From an uncultured delta proteobacterium (lineage in GTDB: Bacteria; Desulfobacterota; BSN033; UBA1163): DNA of 64,000 nt. The translations under genes were made by a program, and so were the position numbers. The notes under the pieces are model-generated. The model was given only the letters and a program-made list of their open reading frames with translations, made no database searches and was not told the origin of the DNA. Of the stretch, positions 18,678 through 28,594 are shown in pieces (position 1 is the stretch's first letter; each line of letters starts with the position of its first letter). The stretch covers positions 310,994 to 374,993 of the forward strand of contig CAWHBU010000005.1 in NCBI GenBank assembly GCA_963827685.1, written 5' to 3'.

Positions 18678-18813
18678 TAATATAAACGCATTAAATCCTT
18701 TTACCTCGTCATTGCGAGCGACCAAAGGGAGCGTGGCAATCTCTCTTCATAACTGCGAGATTGCTTCGTCATTTCATTTCTCGCAAAGACAATTTATTAA
18801 TGCGTTTGCATTA
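18678..18813. mobile_element. ~136-bp MITE-like element carrying a GTCATTGCGAG...GAGATTGCTTCG..CTCGCAA(T/A)GAC palindrome
   Basis: Terminal IRs TAATATAAACGCATTAA / TTAATGCGTTTGCATTA (15/17) enclosing a palindromic repeat. Confidence 0.65.
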
Positions 18814-19026
18814 GTTCAAAGTCTTATTTTTATTTCTTATTTTTTTTCTGCGAACTCTTAACTCCGAATCCAAAACTTCCCAATGGGTTGACAACGAACT
18901 CTCTTTCTCCTAATATAAAATCTCGAAATTATCAATAAAAATCAGCGACAGTCCCCCTCCCCTACCCCTTTAAAATGGGGAAGGGAAAGCCTGCCTGCCG
19001 CAGGCAGGGATGGAAAAGGAGGAAAC

Positions 19027-19680
19027 ATGACGGATGAATTGTATATGATCAATGAGACGGCTGCCAGCGAATCCTGGAGGACGTTCCACATCATGGCAGA
19101 ATTTGTGGAAGGGTTCGAAGCCCTCGGGAAATATCATCCTTCGGTGAGCATCTTCGGATCCACAAGAGTCAAACCCGGGGACGAGGTCTACAAGAAGGCG
19201 GAGCAAATTGGCCGAATCCTGGCAGAGAATGGTTTTGGTGTCATCACAGGAGGAGGCCCTGGCGTCATGGAGGCGGCTAACAAAGGCGCTGCCTCTGCCG
19301 GAGGTAATTCGATCGGCCTCAACATCGAAATTCCTTTAGAACAGAAGCCTAATCCTTATGCCAATGTCACGTTGCATTTCCGCTATTTCTTTGTGCGGAA
19401 GGTCATGTTTGTCAAATACGCGGTGGCCTATATCATCCTGCCTGGTGGGTTTGGAACCATGGATGAGCTGTTTGAAGCAGTGACACTCATCCAGACACAC
19501 AAGATTAAACCCTTCCCGGTGATCTTGGTTGGATCGAATTATTGGAAAGGTCTTTTGGGTTGGATGAAGGAAGTGGTCTTAAAGGAGGGAAAGATCTCAC
19601 CCTCGGATTTGGAAATCCTTCAACTGATCGACGAACCGGCGGAGATCGTCAAGACCATCAAAAAAACGGTTATTCTCTGA
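19027..19680 (+). CDS. LOG-family (TIGR00730) nucleotide phosphoribohydrolase
   Basis: ITGGGPGVMEAANKGA, YFFVRKVMF, PGGFGTMDE. Confidence 0.92.
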   Translation: MTDELYMINETAASESWRTFHIMAEFVEGFEALGKYHPSVSIFGSTRVKPGDEVYKKAEQIGRILAENGFGVITGGGPGVMEAANKGAASAGGNSIGLNIEIPLEQKPNPYANVTLHFRYFFVRKVMFVKYAVAYIILPGGFGTMDELFEAVTLIQTHKIKPFPVILVGSNYWKGLLGWMKEVVLKEGKISPSDLEILQLIDEPAEIVKTIKKTVIL

Positions 19681-19681
19681 T

Positions 19682-19729
19682 CCCCTCATCCTTCCCTTCC
19701 CCTCCAAGAGGAGAGGATAGGGAGAGGGA
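19682..19729. repeat. REP-like palindrome between convergent genes
   Basis: cccctcatccttcccttcccctccaagaggagaggatagggagaggg. Confidence 0.55.
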
Positions 19730-19748
19730 CACTCCAAACTTTATTCTT

Positions 19749-20750
19749 TCACGATTCACTGCGGAAGTGATGCACCCCATCTACGACATAGTAGGTGAGG
19801 AGGGTGGTCAACTCAATTAATTTTCTTTCCTCCTCTTCCGGAAGGTACCCCAATGATTCATTCCTGCAGATGGCCTCCCAAAGGCGAAGCCTTTTTCGAA
19901 CCGTATGTTTATTGGAACCTGAGATCCAGAGGCTGACGCGCTCCGTGAGTGGTCTTGCATATTTTCGGATCAACTTCCACGCCGGAAGGAGATTTCTCCA
20001 CCCATTTCCCGGTTTGACGAAGAGCTCATTCATATCGGTGAGATATTCTTGCAGCTCCTGATCCAGAATCTCCCCATCTAATCCCCACCACTCCGACACG
20101 GTCTCTTCAATCGTTGTATACATTTCATCTTGTTTCTTTTCCAGGTTCGAAGGTTCTTCTCCGGCGATCTCCTCCATTAAACGATCCACATAGGATAGTT
20201 TCTCTAAGGCGGTGGGCCAGTTTCGATATTTTACTTTCCAATGGGACCGGGGGTCGAGCCAGATGGCGAAGGTCTCTGCCCAATCCTCATCAGGATGTTT
20301 TTGAGCGTAGTGAGGATCCCCTAAATAGTGGAGATGCCTGACATAACTCTTCGACCAGGGATTCACCCGGTAGAGATATCCATCCCGATACTTCTTATGA
20401 AAATCCCCAAAGGTTTCTTTCCAATCTTTCCGTTGCCAAAGTTTATAGGCATAATTCACCGCATGGCCTGTTTCGTGACGCAGGGTCTTCATCATCTCCT
20501 CATTCGTCGGTATATCTTCCTCGAGGTCTTTTAATTCAGGCATGGCCGAATAGAAAGGGATGCTAATCGAAATCTTCTTATTCACACATCCCCACTCATT
20601 CCCAAAATAGAAATCAGGCCACAAGAGAATTCGATGTCCTCTTAATTCCTTCTTTAGTCTCTTGAAGGAAGAAGCTAAACTTTCATTGGCATCCAGTTCC
20701 AAGTCGCAGATCCTGGTCGTCAAAAATTTCTGATAACTGATCTCGTCCAT
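19749..20750 (-). CDS. Putative zinc-binding metallopeptidase
   Basis: LRHETGHA (HExxH) and YAQKHPDEDWAETFA. Confidence 0.85.
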   Translation of the reverse strand: MDEISYQKFLTTRICDLELDANESLASSFKRLKKELRGHRILLWPDFYFGNEWGCVNKKISISIPFYSAMPELKDLEEDIPTNEEMMKTLRHETGHAVNYAYKLWQRKDWKETFGDFHKKYRDGYLYRVNPWSKSYVRHLHYLGDPHYAQKHPDEDWAETFAIWLDPRSHWKVKYRNWPTALEKLSYVDRLMEEIAGEEPSNLEKKQDEMYTTIEETVSEWWGLDGEILDQELQEYLTDMNELFVKPGNGWRNLLPAWKLIRKYARPLTERVSLWISGSNKHTVRKRLRLWEAICRNESLGYLPEEEERKLIELTTLLTYYVVDGVHHFRSES

Positions 20751-21162
20751 ATCTATCAGCCTCTGAAATTTAATCCTAATGTTGAACAAATTCTTAATTT
20801 CGGGTTTTTAAAGGAGGGAAAACCTTTTTAAACAACTCAATAAAAGCTACGAGAGCTTTACCACATTCAACATTAGAGTCAATCTAAATATAATATTCAT
20901 TTTCAAGAAGGTCAAAATAATTTTTTTCACAAGCATATTTCCTATGATTTCAATGAGTTACATGATATATGTGATTAGCCAACCGCCCATTCCGCTATTT
21001 CTAAGGGTAGGATACCCTCTCGATTCCTCTTTAAAAAGGAGGGGGTTTGAGTTCTAAATCCGCCTGTTAAAATGAAATTTTTTGTTGTTAATGTTAAGAT
21101 GAACGAATGGGATCGGATGGGGAAGTTCTCACTGCCTATCATTTGTGAGCGATAAAAAGATT

Positions 21163-21600
21163 TTAAAAAGAAATGACCTGAGCCATCTGTTCTGCATAAA
21201 TTACAACATATCGCATCGCGAATCCTCCGATGAGGACAGATGTTGTAATGATTCCAGAAATCCAGGGATTATGTTCCCTCAGCTCTGCTTGTCCAATATA
21301 ATGGGGAATCAACTCATAGACCTCGAGGGCCAAAGGAAGGAGGATCCCCACTCCTACAACAAGGGTCCAGAAAAGGATGGTAAACTCGCCTCCCATGATT
21401 AGGTGGACTGCTTCCGCAGAACTTCTTGGTGATACATATAAGCCCAAGATGAAGAGAAAGATAGCGATAATAGAAAAGACCATGAGCGTGAAGTCAATGG
21501 AATGGATCATGAATTTATTGGTGTTGATATTCTCTCGACTCATCCCCCGAAATCCTTTAATAAAACAGCCCACAAAACAGATTGCCGCCGAACCCGTCAT
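21163..21600 (-). pseudogene. 3' fragment of NrfD/polysulfide reductase-type membrane subunit
   Basis: FWTLVVGVGILLPLALE and VLIGGFAMRYVVIY match the NrfD C-terminus; N-terminal half absent. Confidence 0.65.
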
Positions 21601-21663
21601 TATGTGGCGTGTGCCTTTGATGGCTATATCAAATTCCCGTCGAGCATCCTCCGTGCCGGGCTT

Positions 21664-24600
21664 TTAATTCGTCTTCCTCAAATAGTCAATCATGGGCTGT
21701 GTGACCAGAGGCACTACATCACTGATCATATGGGGCATCAAATGATCCATCACTTTGGGCATTAACTCTCCCATCTGCTCCTGCATATAATCCGGCATCG
21801 GCACTTGTTCAGCCACCCGCCCGAGCATCACCGGCATCACCTTCGGCATCATCAAGGGCAGCAGCTTAGGGAACAGGATAGGAAACATCGGCTTCATCAA
21901 GTCCAGTGCCCCTGGGATCTTGCCCATGAATCGCATCATTGATCCCATCCCAAGGGGCATGGCATCGATAAGCTCCGGCCACATGGTGCTCATCAAGTTG
22001 GCGAAGCCCTGAGGTGTCATCAAGGGAATCATCGCTTCAAAGACTGCCCACTGCCTGTGCACTTCTGGATTAGGATCGGGCAAATCGTAGCCCAGGGCCG
22101 AAGCTGTGAAGTGTGCGAGGTCCACCACTTCAATCGGAATCTTTTTCTTATCGGCACTGACACGGAGCTGAAATTCACAACAAGGACACAGGCTGAGCAC
22201 CTTCTCTGCGCCCACTTCGAGCGCCTCATCCAGTCTTGTCTTGCCCACCTCAGCGGCCACGGGTGGATCCTTAATCAAGGTCAAAACACTTCCGCAACAG
22301 TGCCCCGCTTCTCGATTGTGCCGCATTTCAACCAAATGAACGCCTGGAATCGCCTGAATCACCTCCCGGGGAGGCTCGTAGACTCCGGAAGCACGGCCGA
22401 TGTGACACGAGTCATGCCAGGTGACCGTGACTGCTTTCTGTTTTTCCTTGGAGGGAAATAAAAGCTCTCCTGCCTTAATCTTCTCAGCCAGAACCTCGCT
22501 ATAGTGCCTGGCGGTGATGCCGTATTCTAAGCCCAGCTTCTCTGCCCAGGCAGGATAGACCTGCCGCCACATCATATCACATGCCGGGCAAGAAGCAATG
22601 ACCGTATCGACCCCAGCCTCTTTCATCACTTTAAGGTTCTTCCGGAATGTTTCTTCGAAAACATCCCATTTCCCCGCAACCAGCATGGGTATCCCACAAC
22701 AGCTCTCTCTTTCCCCTGAATAGGTAAAATCCACACCCGCAGCATCCAGCAAACGCACCGTGGCCAAAGCGATATCGTTCTCCACATAGCTGGCGGTGCA
22801 GCCTGCAAAATAAGCCACCTTGGCACGATGTGGGGGACCGTGCTTCTCCTCCAGGTCTTTAGGAAACCATGCGGCACGGTTTCTGCGGTAGGCCGCCCAG
22901 ATGTTCCCCTCTTTCTGAAGCGCGGCGCCCATCATCTCAAAAGGAGGGAAGGTCATCTTCTTCTTTTCATTCACGAGCAGGCCTCGCAGCTTCATCCACG
23001 ATGGTTCAATGGGCAGAGAGGCAGAGCAGCGCAGGTTACAGAGTTCGCAAGTAGTGCAGACCAGGATCGTGTCCACCATGAACTGATCCCACTGTTCGCG
23101 GCCTTCCATATACTCCCTCAGCCAGTACCACTTGCCTCGGGGGCTTTGGCTTTCCCACCCACGACCGTAAAACTGGTCGCATTCATCCACACAGTAACCA
23201 CATTGGGAACACCCATAAGCATACCAGGCCACATCCGCGGGGATACCACGGACAGGCTTTGTCGGGTGCTCGCCTATCGCCATAACGACAGAGTTTCCCA
23301 CGAGCCGAAGGAGAGGCTCAAAGACCCCTGCCAGCCCAATGGCTGCACCCAGAAGACCATTGGTAATGACTTTACCTGGATTCATAATCGATTTTGGATC
23401 GATCTGAGCCTTCAAGACTTTCAACTGCTTAACTCTGTTTTCTCCCAAAATTTTGGGAGCCTTAGTCCCCAAATAAATGCCTGTGGCGAAGGCCCGTCCC
23501 CCATGTCTCTCAGCTATCTTAATCACTGTCAGAACCAGACCAAAGACAAGGTTGTAGGCAAACTTCCGCTCATCACTGGGGATAAAGCCCAAAATAACAA
23601 CTTCAGGCTGGCCACTCGCGCCCTGCCGAATAACAACGCCTTCTTTGACAAGGGGTTGATTGACTTTGTCTTCAATCTCCTCCATCACATCCCCCAGTGC
23701 AGCGAGAGGAACGACAATCTCTGAAGGAACCAAGCTCGGTCCAAGTCGCTTTACGAGCATCAGTTTGAAGCGATTCTTCCATTCGTGCTCTGCAATTTCA
23801 TGAGAAAGCAACTCTCCATTACAGGATCTGAGGAGCTCCGGCAATTGACTGATCACGGCCTCTCGATCCCTCTTGCGAAACGCTAAGGTGGTGATGTAGG
23901 AAAGCGGCAAAATGACCCGTTTCTCCGCTGGATGACCGTTGTGTTCCATTAAAGGAGCCTTATTCTTGAGTTCTGCCATGCGTGGGTTGATGAAAATCAA
24001 TGACCAAATGGGAAGCTTCTTATCTATAAAGGACTGCGCAAGTTGCTGGAAATCATGGGCCTTGGGGGAACTGATCGAGACAACTTCAAGCTCCTCCAAG
24101 GGCTGAACACGAAGGGTTACTTCGCTAATCAGGCCGGTGATCCCTTCAACTTCGGAGATCAGATCAAGATCCTGGCCTTTGAACTCTCTGACTTCGCCGT
24201 TTGGAAGAACGACCCGTGCGCTGATTACATTATCCCGCAACCAGCCAGCCTCGTAAGAGCCAATACCTGCCCCACCCTGAGCCAGCCACCCGCCAACCGT
24301 GGAAGAGGGATAACTGCTCGGATAGAGCCTGAGGGTAAGCCTCTGTTTTTCCAGCTCCCGATCCAGTTTTTCCCATACCACACCTGACTCGACTGAGGCT
24401 GTCAAAGCCTGGGGATCAATACGGACAATCCTGTTCATTCTGTAAAAGTCGACAACAACGCCTTGCTTCATAGGTAAGACGCCACCATAACCAGAAGATG
24501 CCTTGCCTCGTGGGGTGAGAGGGATGTTATTCTCTTGTGCCCAGCGAACCAGCTCAACCAGCTCCTTTTCCGCCTCAGGTTGGACCACTGCATCCGGGGT

Positions 24601-24744
24601 CGTGTTTCCCAAAAGAGGCTTTATAAGGCTGGGAAGGGCCGCAATATCATGGCCATAGAGTTTCCGTTCTATCTTATCAAAAGATACTCTGCTTCCAAAT
24701 TTTTCCTCAAGATACGATTGGTGCTTTTCACCGAATTGGCTCAT
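21664..24744 (-). CDS. FAD-binding oxidoreductase fused to Fe-S/CCG domains (GlcD+GlcF-like), with Met/Pro-rich tail
   Basis: TPRGKASSGYGG, STVGGW, MNPGK, two CxxCxxCxxxC motifs, two CCG domains. Confidence 0.9.
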   Translation of the reverse strand: MSQFGEKHQSYLEEKFGSRVSFDKIERKLYGHDIAALPSLIKPLLGNTTPDAVVQPEAEKELVELVRWAQENNIPLTPRGKASSGYGGVLPMKQGVVVDFYRMNRIVRIDPQALTASVESGVVWEKLDRELEKQRLTLRLYPSSYPSSTVGGWLAQGGAGIGSYEAGWLRDNVISARVVLPNGEVREFKGQDLDLISEVEGITGLISEVTLRVQPLEELEVVSISSPKAHDFQQLAQSFIDKKLPIWSLIFINPRMAELKNKAPLMEHNGHPAEKRVILPLSYITTLAFRKRDREAVISQLPELLRSCNGELLSHEIAEHEWKNRFKLMLVKRLGPSLVPSEIVVPLAALGDVMEEIEDKVNQPLVKEGVVIRQGASGQPEVVILGFIPSDERKFAYNLVFGLVLTVIKIAERHGGRAFATGIYLGTKAPKILGENRVKQLKVLKAQIDPKSIMNPGKVITNGLLGAAIGLAGVFEPLLRLVGNSVVMAIGEHPTKPVRGIPADVAWYAYGCSQCGYCVDECDQFYGRGWESQSPRGKWYWLREYMEGREQWDQFMVDTILVCTTCELCNLRCSASLPIEPSWMKLRGLLVNEKKKMTFPPFEMMGAALQKEGNIWAAYRRNRAAWFPKDLEEKHGPPHRAKVAYFAGCTASYVENDIALATVRLLDAAGVDFTYSGERESCCGIPMLVAGKWDVFEETFRKNLKVMKEAGVDTVIASCPACDMMWRQVYPAWAEKLGLEYGITARHYSEVLAEKIKAGELLFPSKEKQKAVTVTWHDSCHIGRASGVYEPPREVIQAIPGVHLVEMRHNREAGHCCGSVLTLIKDPPVAAEVGKTRLDEALEVGAEKVLSLCPCCEFQLRVSADKKKIPIEVVDLAHFTASALGYDLPDPNPEVHRQWAVFEAMIPLMTPQGFANLMSTMWPELIDAMPLGMGSMMRFMGKIPGALDLMKPMFPILFPKLLPLMMPKVMPVMLGRVAEQVPMPDYMQEQMGELMPKVMDHLMPHMISDVVPLVTQPMIDYLRKTN

Positions 24745-24786
24745 CGCGTCACTCCATCCATTAGCAGATTTGATTTGCTTTGCGGC

Positions 24787-25131
24787 TCAGACCAAATGAG
24801 AGCCTCGCTTGAAGTGTCTGAGACTGGAGACCATCTTCCCCTTTTCCCGAAATTGTTCGAAGAGAACTTCTTTTATTAAATGGCAGGCCTGAATGATCTT
24901 GGGGTTTGCGATACGATAATAAATATTGACGCCTTCCCGCCTGGTTAGGATCACTCCTTTCGATTTTAACACGCTCATATGCTGGGAAAGGTTGGCTTTG
25001 CTTAGGCCAATTCTCTCGACCAACTCGCTGGCCGACATCTCTTTACCATTCAGCAAATTGATGATCTCAAGTCGTTTGGCATTGGAAAAAATCTTGCAAA
25101 GATCGGCGTGAAGTTCGTATATCTTTTCCAT
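24787..25131 (-). CDS. ArsR/SmtB-family regulator
   Basis: FSNAKRLEIINLL, SKANLSQHMSVLK, RREGVNIYY. Confidence 0.9.
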   Translation of the reverse strand: MEKIYELHADLCKIFSNAKRLEIINLLNGKEMSASELVERIGLSKANLSQHMSVLKSKGVILTRREGVNIYYRIANPKIIQACHLIKEVLFEQFREKGKMVSSLRHFKRGSHLV

Positions 25132-25312
25132 TATTTCTCCTTTGCTTCAGGCTGACTCGGCTCGATAGATTCCTTCTGAGACAAAGCCAATTTCACCCGT
25201 ATTTCCCTTCTGAGCTACCATCCAAAACGAGATAAAATACTTCAGAGTTAAGTGGCGGTTTATCGATCGGTTCCCCATTTGTTTATAAGTTTATTAGTTT
25301 CATATCTCCTAA

Positions 25313-25341
25313 ACTCTAATATCTTGAAACATATTTGTCAA
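25313..25341 (-). promoter_or_regulatory. Putative sigma70 promoter
   Basis: TTGACA-17nt-TAGAGT on - upstream of the ArsR gene. Confidence 0.5.
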
Positions 25342-25556
25342 GTTCTTTTGGGGAAAGCTCTGAAAAACTACTTCACGCTTTCTCGATTGCACAGATTTCA
25401 AAAAACGATTACGCAGACTTTTATTTAATTCCAGTGTTTCTAATCTATGTAATCGATTTGATAATCGGTGCAATCAGAGATTTCTGGACTCTTTCAGAAA
25501 TCTCTTGGATTCTGGTGTGCGGAACTCTTTACCCGCTGGACCTTTTATCTTCTTCT

Positions 25557-26366
25557 TTACCTGTCTTTGTGCCCACCTGTCCAATGCAGAATACTGTCTT
25601 TTTCAACATTCAACCTTTTTGAAAGATCTTCTGCCCTTCTCTGGACGAAACGGGCATGAAAGACGCTGAAGACCGCGAAAGGGGGATATAAGATAACAAC
25701 CACCTGAAATAGGTGGAGGAGAGCCTGCACTTTTGAAAATTCACCAAAGAAGCTGAGCACCCCGTAAAGCCCGAAGACAATGGGCATAAGTGTCCCCACA
25801 TATTTCCCAACCATTTTGATTTCATAATCCTTCCGGTTGAAGTGCCTGATTCCCAGATCATCCATGGTCCAGAGCGTCGATAGGAGGAGAGCGACGAGAA
25901 TTGTGATCCCTGTGGCAATCAAAAGTCGTCCCGGTTGAAACTGGCTTCGGGGCAAAAAGAGGGGGGCTGTGGTGTTCGATCCTGTAACGATCTGAAGAAT
26001 ACCCAGGAGTTTTGTAGCAAAAAGAAGTCCGATACCAATACCCTGAAAAGGCCGGAAGAGCCAGTGTTTTATAGGATGGATTTCCAATTCTTTCTTTCCT
26101 TTAATTTGAACAAAAATCCCTTTTCTCCTTCGCATAACAGAACCAAGCTTACTGAAGATTGGCGATAATAAAAGGAGTGGAAGGCAGAGGAAAAGAGCAA
26201 TTCGGAAAAACCGGAGCAATCCCCTGTAGATTGCCTCCCAGCCTCTCATAAACGCAAACTCCCCTAAAAGAACGGAGACGACAATGGTGATAATCAACAC
26301 CAGGAAGGCGTGCCCGAACTCCTTTGTCCAGCGATGAAAATTCTTTGAAGGCATCAAATGGACCAT
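25557..26366 (-). CDS. Hypothetical multi-pass membrane protein
   Basis: About six hydrophobic segments, RBS GAAGGA. Confidence 0.65.
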   Translation of the reverse strand: MVHLMPSKNFHRWTKEFGHAFLVLIITIVVSVLLGEFAFMRGWEAIYRGLLRFFRIALFLCLPLLLLSPIFSKLGSVMRRRKGIFVQIKGKKELEIHPIKHWLFRPFQGIGIGLLFATKLLGILQIVTGSNTTAPLFLPRSQFQPGRLLIATGITILVALLLSTLWTMDDLGIRHFNRKDYEIKMVGKYVGTLMPIVFGLYGVLSFFGEFSKVQALLHLFQVVVILYPPFAVFSVFHARFVQRRAEDLSKRLNVEKDSILHWTGGHKDR

Positions 26367-26560
26367 CCTTCTTGCTCCCTATGAAGCAAAGCATCTATAG
26401 GACAATAAAGATACTTTTAGTTAGTGCCTATACTTTGTCTTGATCAGAACATCGGTGTTGGCACAGTGCCTAACCACTTCCTGAGGGTGTAGCTTGGGGC
26501 GAGAATCAGAATTTCAAGGGGCCCCGCAGACATGTCTCCTCCCCTTTCAATCTCCTTCAT

Positions 26561-26791
26561 TTACTTGATCCATTCCTCGATCTGTTCCACTTTTGGAACC
26601 TTACCTGTCGTCTTGACTACTCCGTCTATCACCAAGGCGGGAGTTGACATCACTCCGTAAGCCATAATTTTCTTGATGTCCTCAACCTTGGTGACTTCGA
26701 CCTCGTTGCCGCTCTGCTTAACTGCGTCAAGGACGTTTTGATACAATTTGTTGCAATTCGAACACCCCATGCCCAAGATCTCGATTTTCAT
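26561..26791 (-). CDS. Small redox-active disulfide protein (Thioredoxin_3/MTH895 type)
   Basis: MKIEILGMGCSNC..YGVMSTPALVIDG. Confidence 0.9.
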   Translation of the reverse strand: MKIEILGMGCSNCNKLYQNVLDAVKQSGNEVEVTKVEDIKKIMAYGVMSTPALVIDGVVKTTGKVPKVEQIEEWIK

Positions 26792-26840
26792 TTTACATTC
26801 TCCTTTCATTTGGGTTCTAATTTTCTTTCATAAATTGGAA

Positions 26841-27545
26841 TTACAAAATGGCATTGAAAAGGTAGCCTACGATAATAATCGCTACAGACACAATGCCCGC
26901 AAAAATACCGATGAGCTTCGGCTTGATGACCTTCCGTAAAATAATCATCTCCGGCGTAGATATTGCCACGATGGACATCATGAAAGCAAGCGCCGTCCCC
27001 ATGGGTAATCCCTTCTCTACCAGAGCCTGAACAATAGGGATCGTTCCAGCGGCGTTCGAGTAGAGAGGAATACCTATCAATACTGCCACAATCACAGCGA
27101 AGGGGTTACCCGGGCCTGCATACTTCAACACAAAATCCATGGGGACGTAACCGTGAATCCATGCCCCAAGTCCAATACCAATGAGAACAAACAACCATAC
27201 TCGCTTGAGGATGTCTTTCGTATAGTCTCGGGCGTACCCTAACCTTTCCTTCCAAGTGGGGACAATCGTTTCGCTTTCACCCATCTTGATCTGGTAAACA
27301 TAGTCTTCGACCAGATGTTCCAGCTTTAATTTCCCAATAATGATGCCACCGAAAAAGGCAAGGGTGACTCCAGTGGTAGTGTAGATAAAAGCAATCTTCC
27401 ATCCGAACAGGCCCCACAGCATGATCATAGCCACTTCGTTTACGGTGGGGGAGGAGATCAGAAAAGAGAAAGTTACTCCTAACGGGAGTCCTGATTCTAC
27501 AAAGCCGATGAACATGGGCACTGCCGAGCAGGAGCAGAAGGGCGG
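26841..27545 (-). pseudogene. 5'-truncated ArsP/DUF318 permease (paralog of 41120-42067)
   Basis: Homology to the intact copy begins abruptly at PFCSCSAVPMF; about 80 N-terminal codons missing. Confidence 0.8.
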
Positions 27546-27667
27546 GACCCCGCACTAAAAACTTCTACCCTTTCTCCTCCAAAGACTTCAGCAAACCCCT
27601 GCGCCATTTGACTTCGGCAGGCATTCTCAACACAGACAAAAACAATTTTCGCTTTTTCTTTCTTCAT
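27546..27667 (-). pseudogene. arsC: 5' fragment of thioredoxin-coupled arsenate reductase (LMW-PTP fold)
   Basis: KIVFVCVENACRSQMAQGFA..VFSAGSRP, then joins arsP sequence out of frame. Confidence 0.8.
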
Positions 27668-27740
27668 ATAGGCAGTAGAGCCCACTTTTCTCTCAAACAA
27701 CTCGCCTCTCTGGGCCTTGATGCCACGAGAAGCGCACTCT

Positions 27741-28043
27741 TTATGGGGTTTTATCTTTCCGGTCGGCAACATAGTCCCTGTATTCCTTAAGAAGGACACT
27801 TTTGTACTCCCGTCTGGCAGAGGCCGGAATATAATTATTATGTTTCTCCAACCTATCGAGGATTTCTTCGGCCGTCTCGTTATTCGGCTGTCTGCCTTCA
27901 GAGTAAAGTTCGGCCAGTATCTCGTCTAAGCAATTAACACGGACCTGTGTTTTGTCAGGAAACTTCAGCATGCGCCAACGAACTGTTGGCCGGTCGGAAT
28001 CGTCTCCTCATGTTAATCAACCTATATTTTCAGACGGTGACAT
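27741..28043 (-). CDS. Small protein with predicted UxxU double-selenocysteine motif (100 aa)
   Basis: GGAGG RBS, then ATG 28043: MSPSENIG-TGA-LT-TGA-GDDSDRPTVRWR, in frame with track ORF 27741-27971. Hairpin GCCAAC-AGTTC-GTTGGC downstream. Confidence 0.75.
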
Positions 28044-28296
28044 ATTGCACCTCCCCAATTGTTTTTTCCGGCAGGCAAGCTAAATAGCGACGAGAAAGAC
28101 GTTCAGTGCGAAAGCCAGGACCGGTCTCCTTTTGAATTTCGAGTTAAGAAATTATCAACTCCGGAGGATGCGTGCCCCTGCTCCGCATCGTGATGGTACT
28201 CCCATGCCTTTCCCCACACATGCGACACCGATAAGAATAAAAGACCATTCTCGCATGGGAGAACATCCGAAGTTTTGACTTATTATATCCGCCGTG

Positions 28297-28518
28297 TCAG
28301 GCTTTCTGCTTGCCCGTCATGCCCATCATTTTCATCATGCCCTGCATATCCATACCGCACGATTTCATCATGTCCCCGCAGAAGGGCATCATCTCTGCCA
28401 TCATCTTTTCAGGATTCTTCGTGAAAATCTCTCTGAAAGAGGGCATTATTAACTTCATGAATTCAATTTTCTCCTCATCGCCAAGATTGTCGAACTGGTG
28501 TTTCAGGTCTTCTATCAT
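28297..28518 (-). CDS. Small Met-rich hypothetical protein
   Basis: RBS AAGGAGG; MMAEMMPFCGDMMKSCGMDMQGMMKMMGM. Confidence 0.65.
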   Translation of the reverse strand: MIEDLKHQFDNLGDEEKIEFMKLIMPSFREIFTKNPEKMMAEMMPFCGDMMKSCGMDMQGMMKMMGMTGKQKA

Positions 28519-28594
28519 GATTTTGCCTCCTTTCATGGCATGCGTACTTGCTGGCCCTTTGCCATTAGTACCACCATAAATCTCTTAACCAGGT

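Noticed and set aside
20800-21160. tRNA or att site at the island boundary
   Set aside because: AT-rich intergenic region with no cloverleaf and no direct repeat partner visible in the window.
22828-23724. 298-aa plus-strand ORF and similar long antisense ORFs (e.g. 61873-62649)
   Set aside because: Antisense shadows of well-supported minus-strand genes, with no recognisable motifs.
28080-28299. UGA read-through of the Met-rich ORF into a CRMC-containing frame
   Set aside because: No convincing hairpin at SECIS distance and no family context placing a Cys at that UGA; treated as a normal stop.
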